In this document: one piece after another, positions 43,583-52,288 of the stretch | Numbering within the stretch: the first letter of the stretch is position 1 | How the letters are laid out: each line of letters starts with the position of its first letter | Assembly (NCBI GenBank): GCA_040768845.1 | Contig: JAXGME010000004.1 | Span: 106,771-170,770, forward strand | Length of the DNA: 64,000 nt | Direction of reading: 5' to 3' | Source of the DNA: Christensenellales bacterium | GTDB taxonomy: Bacteria; Bacillota; Clostridia; Christensenellales; Aristaeellaceae | Program-made: the position numbers and the translations under genes | The notes under the pieces: model-generated | Database searches by the model: none | What the model saw: only the letters and a program-made list of their open reading frames with translations | What the model was told of the DNA's origin: nothing

Positions 43583-43624
43583 ATGCGGGGGCCGCGCCCT
43601 CCGGCGCGGGGTGGGAGGCGAACC

Positions 43625-44476
43625 ATGCTGTCCATGATGCTCCTTGACGACCGGGCGGGGATTGCCGCACGCTTTCCCGGCTTTTACGCCGGGCACATCC
43701 TTTCCGGCCAGCTGGACCATTTTGAGTGTCACCGGGATGTGAACCTGATGTCCTTCGACTGGTACGACCTGCGCCGGCCGCTGGAAAAACCCCGCCGCGT
43801 GGTGATCTACTTTGACGCGCAGGATCTGGTGATGCTGTTTGAAAACCAGGCCGCGCTGGACGAAGCCTCCGCGCGCATGGCGCGATCGCCGGACGATGAG
43901 CCCATCGCCCAGCAATCCGGCGAACAGGCGCTGTACCGCTTCTTTTACGAACTGATCCGCCCGGACAGCGAGCAGCTGGAGGCGCTGGAGGAAGAAGTCA
44001 TCGCCGCGGAGGACGCCATCCTGTCCCCGCAGAAAAAGCAGATGGGTCAGTTGTTCGCCCGCTTCCGGCGCACGCTTTTCGTGTTCAAGCGGTATTACGA
44101 ACAGCTTGGCACGATCTTTGACGGGCTGGTGGAAAACGACAACCGGTTGATCGGGGAGGAGAGCCTGCGGCACTTCGTGATCCTCAACGGGCGCATCGAC
44201 CGATTGTACGAGAACGTGCGCAGTCTGCGGGACTACGTGTCCCAGGTGCGGGAGGCGTATCAGGCGCAGATAGACATCGAGCAGAACAACCTGATGAAGA
44301 CGTTTACCGTCATCACGGCCATCTTCCTGCCGCTGTCGCTTCTGGTGGGCTGGTACGGGATGAACCTCAAAATGCCGGAATTTGAATGGGCGTACGGCTA
44401 CGCTTTTGTGATCGTGCTGAGCGCGGCGATCGTATTCGCCTCGGTCCGTGAATTCAAAAAGCGCAGGTGGCTGTAA
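43625..44476 (+). CDS. corA: CorA-family magnesium/cobalt transporter
   Basis: ATG 43625 follows GGGAGG. There are two C-terminal TM helices, with the GMN motif in LLVGWYGMNLKMPEF. Confidence 0.85.
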   Translation: MLSMMLLDDRAGIAARFPGFYAGHILSGQLDHFECHRDVNLMSFDWYDLRRPLEKPRRVVIYFDAQDLVMLFENQAALDEASARMARSPDDEPIAQQSGEQALYRFFYELIRPDSEQLEALEEEVIAAEDAILSPQKKQMGQLFARFRRTLFVFKRYYEQLGTIFDGLVENDNRLIGEESLRHFVILNGRIDRLYENVRSLRDYVSQVREAYQAQIDIEQNNLMKTFTVITAIFLPLSLLVGWYGMNLKMPEFEWAYGYAFVIVLSAAIVFASVREFKKRRWL

Positions 44477-44479
44477 AGG

Positions 44480-44514
44480 CGCGCCGCGCGTGCCCTGCAC
44501 GCGCGGCGCGTTTT
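44480..44514. terminator. bidirectional terminator between corA and the convergent small membrane-protein gene
   Basis: A perfect 14-bp stem, CGCGCCGCGCGTGC-CCT-GCACGCGCGGCGCG, is followed by TTTT. Confidence 0.8.
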
Positions 44515-44526
44515 GGGGCGGGAAAG

Positions 44527-44883
44527 TCAGCGGGTCAGGAACGAAACCAGCATCGGCGTCAGGTACAGCGCCAGCGCCAGCGTCGCCAGCACCGCCACGC
44601 CCCATATCCACACCAGCACGCGGCTGATCTTCAAAAAGGCGCCGTGATCGCGACGGCGGCGCTCGTAGGGGCGGCGAAACTTGATCCTGAACAGCAGGTG
44701 CGCGATGCCGGGGACCAGCGAAACCACCATGATGATCGCGCCCAGGCCCAAAATGCCGTAGTTCATCGACAGGTTCGGAAACTGCACCGGATTCATCGCG
44801 AGGAAGGCGCCCAGGCCCATCGCCAGGAGCGCGATGACCGCCATCAGTCCGGCGGCAAAACCGAGAATTCTCGTCGTCTTCAT
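44527..44883 (-). CDS. small hypothetical membrane protein (about 4 TM segments)
   Basis: ATG 44883 follows GGAGGAA. There are four hydrophobic stretches and a basic loop, RIKFRRPYERRRRDH. I recognise no family. Confidence 0.65.
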   Translation of the reverse strand: MKTTRILGFAAGLMAVIALLAMGLGAFLAMNPVQFPNLSMNYGILGLGAIIMVVSLVPGIAHLLFRIKFRRPYERRRRDHGAFLKISRVLVWIWGVAVLATLALALYLTPMLVSFLTR

Positions 44884-45016
44884 ATCGTTCCTCCATCGGA
44901 GACCGTCGCGCCCGGGCGTTCGGCCATGCGTCCGGCCTCTATTATACTATATCCGCGGACGCTTGGCGCGAAAATACGGAAGCGCGTTTGTTAAACTTGC
45001 GCGCCGCCCGCCATCA

Positions 45017-46819
45017 TCAGGAGATAAAGTACGACAGCGGCTTGGTGCCCATCAGGCGATTGACGTCCACGTCGCCGCCGACGCCCGGCACGCTGCCTCG
45101 GCTGGAATACTGGTGCAGGTCACAGCGGTAATCGGGCGTCGACTCCACCTGACCGGTGTTGGTGCCGTAGTGGGGAATCCAGATGAAGTCAAACTTCGAC
45201 GTATCCACGCCGTACCGCTTGTAAAGGTTGTTCGCAATGTAGCAGCCCACCTTGCGAACGCCCAGTTCCCGCAGCCGGGCGGCAAAGGCCTCGATGCTCG
45301 CGCCGGTCAGCACATCCTCCTCCGCGTCGTATACGTAAAACAGCGGGTTGTAGGCCTTGGCGACGGAATAGGCCTTTTCCGCCTCCCGCCGCGCGATTTC
45401 CGGCGTGGAAGCCATGCCGTAGTAGTATACGCCGAAGGGAATGCCGTAGCTGAGGCACTTCGCGGCGTATTCCTTAAACCGCGCGTCGATGTCCATCTCG
45501 CCTGCCTTGGAATGGCTTGCGGAATAGGTCACGCCGCAGCGCAGAATGACGAAGGCCACGCTCTTTTGCAGGTTTTTCCAGCTGGATACGTTGTTCCAGC
45601 GGGAGATGTCGATGATGGCGCCGCCCTTGTTGAGCGCCTCCGCCAGCACCGTGACGGTGAAGCTGGCGGTCTTTCCGTTTGCCGTCTTGGCGCGAATGGT
45701 GGTGGTGCCCATGCGTTTTCCGGTCACCACGCCACTTTTTGAAACGGAGGCGACGGACGAATTCGCGCTGGACCACTTGACGGACTGGGACGCCTTGGCT
45801 GGGGAGACGGCGGCGCTGAGCTTCAGCGTCTGCCGGAGCACCACGGTGTGGGCGTCGCCGCGGATTTCGACGGATGCGGCGGCGGGCGGCGTGACGGTGA
45901 CCTTGCAACTGCGCTTGACGCCGCCGGAGGTCTTCACGGTGATGGTCGCGCTGCCCGTATTAAGCGCGGTCAGCGTGCCCCCGGATACCTTGACAATCTC
46001 CGGATGGTCGCTGGACCAGCTCAGGGTGTCGTAAATCGCCGACGACGGGGATACGGCGGCCTTGAGCGCGTAGCTCTTGCCGTAGGCGAGGCTCAGCTTG
46101 GTCTTGGAGAGTGAAACGCGGGACACCGTGGAATGGCTCCTGTACCGCGACGCCAGCCGCGACACGCCGCTTTTCAGCGTGCTGGTCTTGGCGGAGGAGG
46201 AAAAGGTCTGGTAGGGCAGGGCGGAGCCTTTTTTGGAATAGGCGGCGCAAAAGGCCGCAAAGGCCTGGTTGTACTGGGCGCTGGAAACGGCGCCGCCGTC
46301 CACGGTATAGGCGGCCTTTCCCTTTTTCTTGGCGCGGGCCGTGTGCAGCACGGTGGTGAGCTTTGTGGCGGAGCCATCCGCCACAAAGGCCAGCCGCGTG
46401 GTGGTGGTGACGCCCCCGGACACACCGGTGATCGAGATGGACAGACAGGGCTTCAGCGCGCCCGTTGCCCGGAGCGCCAGGGACAGGGAGCGCACGCCGG
46501 CAAATGTGACACCGTCAAAATCGAAGGCGTCCGCCGTCATCTTTGCCACCGCGCCCGAGCGCACCGTGTAGACGCTCAGCCGGCTGTTGCGGCTCTCGCC
46601 CTTGACGGAGGAAAGAAGCAGCATCTCCGGCGTCCCGTCGCCCGTCAGGTCGATCAGCGCCGCGGCGCGCCGCGCCCGGAGCTGGCTCTGCTGGCTGGAA
46701 AGCAGGTTCAGGTACAGCGTTCTCCAGTCCGCCTCCGCGGCCGCGGCGCGGGGGAGGGGCACAAGCACAATCGTCAGGCAAAGCGCCAGAACCGCGCAAA
46801 CCCGCAGGGAGTGTCGCAT
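45017..46819 (-). CDS. secreted GH25 muramidase (lysozyme) with two Big_2 Ig-like domains and an N-terminal domain of unknown function
   Basis: The start is ATG 46819 (MRHSLRVCAVLALCLTIVLVPLPRAAAAEA, a signal peptide). There are two Big_2-like segments (VSLSKTKLSLAYGKSYALKAAVSP...ATITVKT; LKLSAAVSPAKASQSVKWSSANSSVASV...TTIRAKT). The C-terminal GH25 part is IIDISRWN...FVILRCG...GVYYY...DLHQYSSRGSVPGVGGDVDVN. Confidence 0.85.
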   Translation of the reverse strand: MRHSLRVCAVLALCLTIVLVPLPRAAAAEADWRTLYLNLLSSQQSQLRARRAAALIDLTGDGTPEMLLLSSVKGESRNSRLSVYTVRSGAVAKMTADAFDFDGVTFAGVRSLSLALRATGALKPCLSISITGVSGGVTTTTRLAFVADGSATKLTTVLHTARAKKKGKAAYTVDGGAVSSAQYNQAFAAFCAAYSKKGSALPYQTFSSSAKTSTLKSGVSRLASRYRSHSTVSRVSLSKTKLSLAYGKSYALKAAVSPSSAIYDTLSWSSDHPEIVKVSGGTLTALNTGSATITVKTSGGVKRSCKVTVTPPAAASVEIRGDAHTVVLRQTLKLSAAVSPAKASQSVKWSSANSSVASVSKSGVVTGKRMGTTTIRAKTANGKTASFTVTVLAEALNKGGAIIDISRWNNVSSWKNLQKSVAFVILRCGVTYSASHSKAGEMDIDARFKEYAAKCLSYGIPFGVYYYGMASTPEIARREAEKAYSVAKAYNPLFYVYDAEEDVLTGASIEAFAARLRELGVRKVGCYIANNLYKRYGVDTSKFDFIWIPHYGTNTGQVESTPDYRCDLHQYSSRGSVPGVGGDVDVNRLMGTKPLSYFIS

Positions 46820-46856
46820 GCCATCACACCTTTGTAATACTATTCTCATATGTGTA

Positions 46857-46885
46857 ATTCTAATGTAATATATTGGCGCTGTCAA
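46857..46885 (-). promoter_or_regulatory. promoter of the GH25 gene (-35 TTGACA, 17-bp spacer, -10 TAGAAT)
   Basis: On the minus strand, TTGACA is at 46885-46880 and TAGAAT at 46862-46857. This position argues for the ATG 46819 start rather than the upstream in-frame ATGs. Confidence 0.55.
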
Positions 46886-46892
46886 TAGGCGG

Positions 46893-46921
46893 TTGCAATT
46901 TGCGCGGGATTATGCGATACT
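46893..46921 (+). promoter_or_regulatory. candidate promoter of the sensor operon (-35 TTGCAA, 17-bp spacer, TGcGATACT)
   Basis: TTGCAA is at 46893-46898 and GATACT at 46916-46921, with TG at 46913-46914. Confidence 0.45.
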
Positions 46922-46978
46922 TTGAACGCATACGGAGCGTTTTTGTACGGAGCTGCGCGTTTTGTGGAGGGGTAAGGC

Positions 46979-47980
46979 ATGAAACTGCGTCCGGCGTCCT
47001 GGAGAAGGCGGGCCGCGTTAAAGGCGTTTTTCGTCCTGCTGGCGGCGGCGATGATGCTATCCGGCTGCTCGGGCGGCGAGCAGGAGAAGGAAAGCGCCGT
47101 GATTCTGGGCTTTTCCCAGCTGGGCAGCGAGAGCGGCTGGCGGATTGGCAATACCCGGGACATCCATGCCGCGGCGGACCGGGCGGGCGTAAAGCTGATG
47201 TTTGACAACGCGGAGCAGAAGCAGGAAAATCAGATCAAGGCCATCCGCTCGTTCATCGCCTATCAGGTGGACGTGATCGCCTTTTCACCCATCGTGGAGG
47301 ACGGCTGGACCAATGTCCTCACCGAGGCGCGGGAGGCGGGCATTCCGGTATTGTGCACGGACCGCTTTATCAGCGGCGCCGACGCGGACCTGATCGTGGG
47401 CTTTGTCGGATCGGACTTTTACGAGGAGGGCCGCCGCGCGGGGGACTTCCTGCTGGAAAAGGCGAACCGGATGGGCGCGGACCACCTCCGCATCGTGGAG
47501 ATTACCGGCACGGAGGACTCGACGCCGATGCGGCAGCGGGCCATTGGCTTCCGGGACGTGATCGAGGGCGATCCGCGCTTTGAAATTGTGGAGTCCGTCT
47601 CCGGAGACTTTCTGAAATCCAAGGGCAAGGAATGCATGCAGCGGGTGCTGGAGGAGCGCGGCCACGACATCGACGTTCTGTATTCCCACAACGACGCGAT
47701 GACGCTGGGGGCCATCGAGGCCATCGAGGCCGAGGGGCTCGCGCCGGGGCGGGACATCGTGATCATTACCGTCGACGGCGAACAGGGCGCCATCGATCTT
47801 CTGAAAGAGGGAAAGATCAACTGCGTCGTCGAATGCACGCCCAAGATCGGCGACATCATCATGAGCCTTACGGAAAAGCTCGCCGCGGGGGAGAGCGTAG
47901 AGCGCTACACCTATTCGGAGGAAACCGTGTTTACCGAGTTTGATGATACCCTCAAGGATATCCCCCCGAGGGGCTATTGA
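46979..47980 (+). CDS. YtfQ-like periplasmic-binding-protein-type lipoprotein, probably the sugar sensor partner of the adjacent kinase
   Basis: RBS GGAGGGG. Lipobox MLSGC. ILGFSQLGSESGWRIGNT...NAEQKQENQIKAIRSFIAYQVDVIAFSP is typical of YtfQ/type-I sugar-binding proteins. The gene lies immediately upstream of a LytS/YesM-type kinase. Confidence 0.85.
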   Translation: MKLRPASWRRRAALKAFFVLLAAAMMLSGCSGGEQEKESAVILGFSQLGSESGWRIGNTRDIHAAADRAGVKLMFDNAEQKQENQIKAIRSFIAYQVDVIAFSPIVEDGWTNVLTEAREAGIPVLCTDRFISGADADLIVGFVGSDFYEEGRRAGDFLLEKANRMGADHLRIVEITGTEDSTPMRQRAIGFRDVIEGDPRFEIVESVSGDFLKSKGKECMQRVLEERGHDIDVLYSHNDAMTLGAIEAIEAEGLAPGRDIVIITVDGEQGAIDLLKEGKINCVVECTPKIGDIIMSLTEKLAAGESVERYTYSEETVFTEFDDTLKDIPPRGY

Positions 47981-47981
47981 C

Positions 47982-49436
47982 ATGCGGCCATCCTTTTTTG
48001 CGCGCTTTGGCGATTCCATCCGCGGACGCATCACGCTGTCGATCATGGTGGTTCTCCTGATGATGCTGATTCCGGCCATCGCCTCGGTCAGCATGATGAC
48101 CAGCTATGCCCGCCAGTACCACGACGTCATCACCCGGATGGACCGCATTTCGTCGCTGTCGCCGGTGATCAACGACGACCTCCTGGGCGAGATGTGGTCG
48201 ATTGTTGCCGGGCGCGTCACTTTTGCAAAGGGCAATCAGTTTCGCGTCCTGGACACCGTGTGCGATGAGATGGACCGGCTGATCGAGGCGGATTCCGCCA
48301 GCCAGCTGCAGATGACCGTCGCCCGGCGCACGATGAACACGCTGCGCAGATACATTGAAAACCTGGGGGCGCAGATGATTGCGGGCTCCACCGTGGACGA
48401 GGACGAGCAGACCCTCGCGGAGATCCGCAACGTGGGCTCTCTGGTGGTGGACATGCTGGGCGACGCCATCACCGCCGAGATCGACGCGTCAATGGCGGCC
48501 AGCAACCAGCTGCAGCGGGTGGTATGGGCGACGCTCGTCATCGAGATGAGCCTGCTTCTGGTGGCGATGATATTTGCCTTCATCGCGCAGCGCTCGCTGG
48601 GCCGGGCCATCGGCCGCCCCATTGAACAGCTCAAGGACTTTGCCGGCATGATCGCCGGAGGGCACCTGGACGTGCGCGCGCCGCAGCCGGGGGTTTCGGA
48701 GCTCAGCGAGCTGACCGAGAGCCTGAACACCATGGCCGGCAAGCTGTCGGAGCTGATCGAGGAGAACAAGCGCGAGCAGGAAAACCTCAAAAAGAGCGAA
48801 ATGCGCGCGCTGCAGGCGCAGATCGCGCCCCACTTTCTGTATAATACCCTGGATGCCATCATCTGGCTGGCGGAGGCCCGGAAGACCTCGGAGGTCATCA
48901 CCGTCACCCGGGCGCTGTCGAACTTTTTCAGGATTTCGCTGTCCGGCGGACAGGACTGGATCAGCATCCGCCAGGAGGTCGAGCACCTGCAGGGGTACCT
49001 GACCATCCAGAAGGTGCGCTACCGCGACATTCTGGATTACGACATCCAGGTGGACGAGTCGCTCTACGATTTTACCATCCTGAAGCTGGTCATCCAGCCG
49101 CTGGTGGAGAACGCCATCTACCACGGCATCAAAAATCGGCGCGGCGGCGGCAAGCTGTCGGTGGCGGTGGAGCGGCGCGGGGAATGGCTGTCCGTGCGCG
49201 TGTCGGACGACGGCGCGGGCATGCCGCCCGAGCGGTTGGAGGCGGTGCGCCGGACCTTCGCGGAAAACCGCGCGCCGGATACCGAAACCGGCTACGGCCT
49301 TTTCAGCGTGGACAAGCGGCTCAAGCTCTACTATAACCAGCCGGAAGGGCTGAAGGTTTCCAGCACGCAGGGGGAGGGCACGGCCATTGAGTTCTGCGTG
49401 CCGATCCAGGTTCGACGGGGGTATGAGGATGCATAA
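47982..49436 (+). CDS. sensor histidine kinase, LytS/YesM type (2 TM, HAMP, His_kinase, HATPase)
   Basis: ATG 47982 lies 2 nt after the upstream stop. The HAMP-like segment is GRPIEQLKDFAGMIAGGHLDVRAP. The phosphoacceptor region is LQAQIAPHFLYNTLDAI. The ATPase part is LVENAIYHGI...GYGL. Confidence 0.9.
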   Translation: MRPSFFARFGDSIRGRITLSIMVVLLMMLIPAIASVSMMTSYARQYHDVITRMDRISSLSPVINDDLLGEMWSIVAGRVTFAKGNQFRVLDTVCDEMDRLIEADSASQLQMTVARRTMNTLRRYIENLGAQMIAGSTVDEDEQTLAEIRNVGSLVVDMLGDAITAEIDASMAASNQLQRVVWATLVIEMSLLLVAMIFAFIAQRSLGRAIGRPIEQLKDFAGMIAGGHLDVRAPQPGVSELSELTESLNTMAGKLSELIEENKREQENLKKSEMRALQAQIAPHFLYNTLDAIIWLAEARKTSEVITVTRALSNFFRISLSGGQDWISIRQEVEHLQGYLTIQKVRYRDILDYDIQVDESLYDFTILKLVIQPLVENAIYHGIKNRRGGGKLSVAVERRGEWLSVRVSDDGAGMPPERLEAVRRTFAENRAPDTETGYGLFSVDKRLKLYYNQPEGLKVSSTQGEGTAIEFCVPIQVRRGYEDA

Positions 49437-51003
49437 GGTGTTCGTGGTGGACGACGAAATCGTCATCCGGGAGGGGCTGCGCAACAATTTTCCCTGGGAG
49501 GAGAGCGGCTTTCTGCTGGCCGGCGAGGCGCCTGACGGCGAAATCGCGCTGTCCATGCTGCAGGACATCAAGCCCGATATCCTGATTACCGACATCAAAA
49601 TGCCCTTTATGGACGGGCTCATGCTGTGCCGCAAGATTGTGCGCACCATGCCCTGGATCCACATCGTGATCCTGTCGGGCTACGACGATTTTTCCTATGC
49701 CCGGGAGGCCATCTCGCTGGGCGTCAAGGAGTACCTGCTCAAGCCCGTTTCCGCCCATGAGTTGGGCGAGGTGCTCCGGCGCATCGCCTCCGCCATCGAC
49801 GAGGAGCGCCGCCAGCAGGCGGACTACGAGGCCATGCGCAGGCAGTTGGACTCCTCCAGCCGCTTTATGCAGGAGCGGCTGCTGCTGGAGCTGCTCTCCG
49901 GGGCGGAAGGTGATTTGGTGCTGGAGCAGGCTCGGAAGCTGCGCGTCAATCTGCTGGCCCGGTGGTACCGGGTGATGCTGATCGCCACCGGCGAGGAGGA
50001 CGATATGCTGCTGGTGCGGGCCCACACCCAGCGCCTGGCGGAGGGCTCCGGCGGTGCGGTCAACCTGTGCGAAACGGGCGGGCGCATCGCGGTGATCGTG
50101 CTGGGGGACAGTGCGGAGGATTTGGAGGAGCGGGCCTTTGCCTTTGCGCAGGCGGTCAAGTACGAGGTGGAGCGGTCCGTAGGGGTGACTTTGCGGGTGG
50201 CCATCGGCGCCCCGGCGGAGGGGATTGACGGCGTGGCCGGTTCCTATGCGTCGGCCCAGGACGTGCTCCGGGGGATGGTGGGCCGGTACGACGGCACGCG
50301 CATCATGGACACGGTGGACCTGGGCATGCAGGTGGGCGCCAAGCTCATGGGGCTGGATGTGGTGCCCCTTTTTGAAAAGCTGCGCTACGCCTCCAGCCAG
50401 GAGGCCGAGGAGATCCTGAAGGAGCACTTTGATTCCATTGGCACCGTTGCGCGCCAGTCGGTCATCATGGCCAATTACCTGTACGTGGACATCCTGCTGG
50501 CCGCCATGCGGGTCATCCGCGAAAACGGCGGCGATCCGGTGGAGATCATCCCGGAGGCCGTGCAGCAGCAGGCCGGCGCCCTCAAGACATTTTCGGGCCA
50601 CGAGGACATGGTGGATTCCGCCCGCGGCATCCTGCTCAAGGCGATCCAGTTCCGCGACAGCCAGACCATGTCCCGATACGGCTCGGTGATCCGCAGCGCC
50701 TGCGCCTACATCGACCAGCACTACATGAACCCGGACATGACCTTGAGCGATGTGGCCAAGCACGTGGCGCTGTCCAACAACCACTTCTGCACCGTGTTTT
50801 CCCAGGAGATGGGCGTGACCTTTATCGAATACCTGACGAAGCTGCGCATGAAAAAGGCCCGGGATCTGCTCAAGAGCACCGACATGCGCTCCAGCGAGGT
50901 ATCCGTCGCCATCGGCTACAACGACCCCCACTATTTCAGTTATTTGTTTAAGAAAAACGTCGGGATGAACCCAAGGGACTACCGAAATTCGTGCAAACGG
51001 TGA
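49423..51003 (+). CDS. response regulator with a C-terminal AraC-type HTH (YesN-like)
   Basis: The start is ATG 49423 or 49429, overlapping the end of the kinase gene. The receiver is VFVVDDEIVIREGL...DILITDIKMPFMDGL. The C-terminal AraC HTH is LSDVAKHVALSNNHFCTVFSQEMGVTFIEYLTKLRMKKARDLL...GYNDPHYFSYLFKK. Confidence 0.9.
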   Translation: MRMHKVFVVDDEIVIREGLRNNFPWEESGFLLAGEAPDGEIALSMLQDIKPDILITDIKMPFMDGLMLCRKIVRTMPWIHIVILSGYDDFSYAREAISLGVKEYLLKPVSAHELGEVLRRIASAIDEERRQQADYEAMRRQLDSSSRFMQERLLLELLSGAEGDLVLEQARKLRVNLLARWYRVMLIATGEEDDMLLVRAHTQRLAEGSGGAVNLCETGGRIAVIVLGDSAEDLEERAFAFAQAVKYEVERSVGVTLRVAIGAPAEGIDGVAGSYASAQDVLRGMVGRYDGTRIMDTVDLGMQVGAKLMGLDVVPLFEKLRYASSQEAEEILKEHFDSIGTVARQSVIMANYLYVDILLAAMRVIRENGGDPVEIIPEAVQQQAGALKTFSGHEDMVDSARGILLKAIQFRDSQTMSRYGSVIRSACAYIDQHYMNPDMTLSDVAKHVALSNNHFCTVFSQEMGVTFIEYLTKLRMKKARDLLKSTDMRSSEVSVAIGYNDPHYFSYLFKKNVGMNPRDYRNSCKR

Positions 51004-51090
51004 AAACCATAAAATCCCGACTTTTTTTCGGAAGATATCGCCCAACGCCTTTGGGGGTCGGGTGCCGTCCGAAGATTTTAGACAAATCCA

Positions 51091-51133
51091 CGGAAACCAG
51101 CCTGTTTCCGCCCCATGTTAAGTGTGCTACGAT
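51091..51133 (+). promoter_or_regulatory. inverted repeat CGGAAAC-N6-GTTTCCG followed by an extended -10 (TGcTACGAT), upstream of the ABC operon
   Basis: The arms are at 51091-51097 and 51104-51110. TGCTACGAT is at 51125-51133, so the dyad covers the -35 region. The RBS GGAGGG and ATG 51184 follow. Confidence 0.45.
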
Positions 51134-51183
51134 CATGGCAAGGGCGGATGACCGTCCACAATAAAGATGGAGGGACGACTTTT

Positions 51184-52179
51184 ATGAAGAAACTGGTTGC
51201 TCTGGTACTGGCAATGGTGCTGGTGCTGGGCGTCGGCGCGAGCGCTTCTGCGCTGACGGTCGCTTTCTCGCAGATCGGTCAGGAATCCGACTGGCGTACC
51301 GCCAACACCGACGACCTCATCAACGCCATCAAGGCCGAGGGTTGGGACCTGGTGTACGATGATGCCCAGCAGAAGCAGGAGAACCAGATCAAGGCGCTGC
51401 GCAACTTCATCTCCCAGGGCGTCGACTACATCCTCTTCACCGGCGTCGTGACCACCGGCTGGGACGAGGTCCTCAAGGAAGTCAACGAGGCCGAGATCCC
51501 GCTGATCCTGATCGACCGCATGCCCGACTGTGCGGATGACATCGAGTACGCCGCCGCCTTTGGCGGAGACTTCACCGAGGAAGGCCGCCGCATGGGTTTC
51601 TGGGCCGGCAACTATCTGGCGAGCGTCGGCCGCGGCGATGAAGAGATCAACGCCGTCGTCCTCGAAGGCACCACCGGCGCCACCGCCGCCACCGAGCGCA
51701 CCAACGGCATCAACGAGGCCCTTACGAACTTCCCCAACATCAAGATCGTCGCTTCCCAGACCGGCAACTTCACCCGCGCCGAAGGCCAGGCCGTCATGGA
51801 GAGCTTCCTGAAGTCCCAGCCGGACATCGACCTTCTGTTTGCGGAGAACGACGACATGGGCCTGGGCGCCATCGCCGCCATCAAGGCCGCCGGCAAGGTG
51901 CCGGGCAAGGACATCATCGTGGTGGGCTGCGACTCCGTGAAGGCCGCCTTTGACGCGATCGTCGCGGGCGACATGAACGCCACCATCGAGTGCACGCCGC
52001 TGTACTCCCCGTTCGTCGTCCAGGCCATCAAGGACCTGGAAGAAGGCAAGACCTTCGGCCGCGAAGTGCTGCACCCCGAGGAGTTCGTCTATGACGCGGA
52101 CGGCGGCATCGCCTACACCGCCGACGGCGACAAGCTCTCCATCAAGGCTGCGGACGTCATTGCCGACCGCAAGTACTGA
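51184..52179 (+). CDS. sugar ABC transporter substrate-binding protein, YtfQ-like (galactofuranose/pentose-type, CUT2)
   Basis: ATG 51184 follows GGAGGG. There is a signal peptide. VAFSQIGQESDWRTANT...DAQQKQENQIKALRNFISQGVDYILFTG is paralogous to the 46979 gene product. Confidence 0.88.
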   Translation: MKKLVALVLAMVLVLGVGASASALTVAFSQIGQESDWRTANTDDLINAIKAEGWDLVYDDAQQKQENQIKALRNFISQGVDYILFTGVVTTGWDEVLKEVNEAEIPLILIDRMPDCADDIEYAAAFGGDFTEEGRRMGFWAGNYLASVGRGDEEINAVVLEGTTGATAATERTNGINEALTNFPNIKIVASQTGNFTRAEGQAVMESFLKSQPDIDLLFAENDDMGLGAIAAIKAAGKVPGKDIIVVGCDSVKAAFDAIVAGDMNATIECTPLYSPFVVQAIKDLEEGKTFGREVLHPEEFVYDADGGIAYTADGDKLSIKAADVIADRKY

Positions 52180-52210
52180 TGCCAAGCGCCGGCTTATGTG
52201 AATGAGCCAA

Positions 52211-52241
52211 GACGGATGAGGGCCGGCCGCCCTCATCCGTC
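52211..52241 (+). terminator. intercistronic stem-loop after the binding-protein gene (partial terminator or mRNA stabiliser)
   Basis: GACGGATGAGGGC-CGGCC-GCCCTCATCCGTC forms a perfect 13-bp stem. The T-tract is weak. Confidence 0.5.
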
Positions 52242-52288
52242 CTTACTATATCGACATGCGGACGCATTGTGTTTGAGGGGATGATATT

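Noticed and set aside
43583-43624. An M-box or other riboswitch in the corA leader.
   Set aside because: The leader between the predicted -10 (43577-43582) and ATG 43625 is only ~40 nt. That is far too short for an M-box, and only a small GC hairpin is present.
41954-44896. A 980-aa minus-strand ORF antisense to the PG-binding lipoprotein and corA genes, together with similar shadows at 39747-41153, 49321-51045, 52157-53602, 53353-54960 and 62369-63391.
   Set aside because: The composition is typical of GC-rich antisense frames. These ORFs cross verified terminators and intergenic regions, and the sense genes have recognisable domains.
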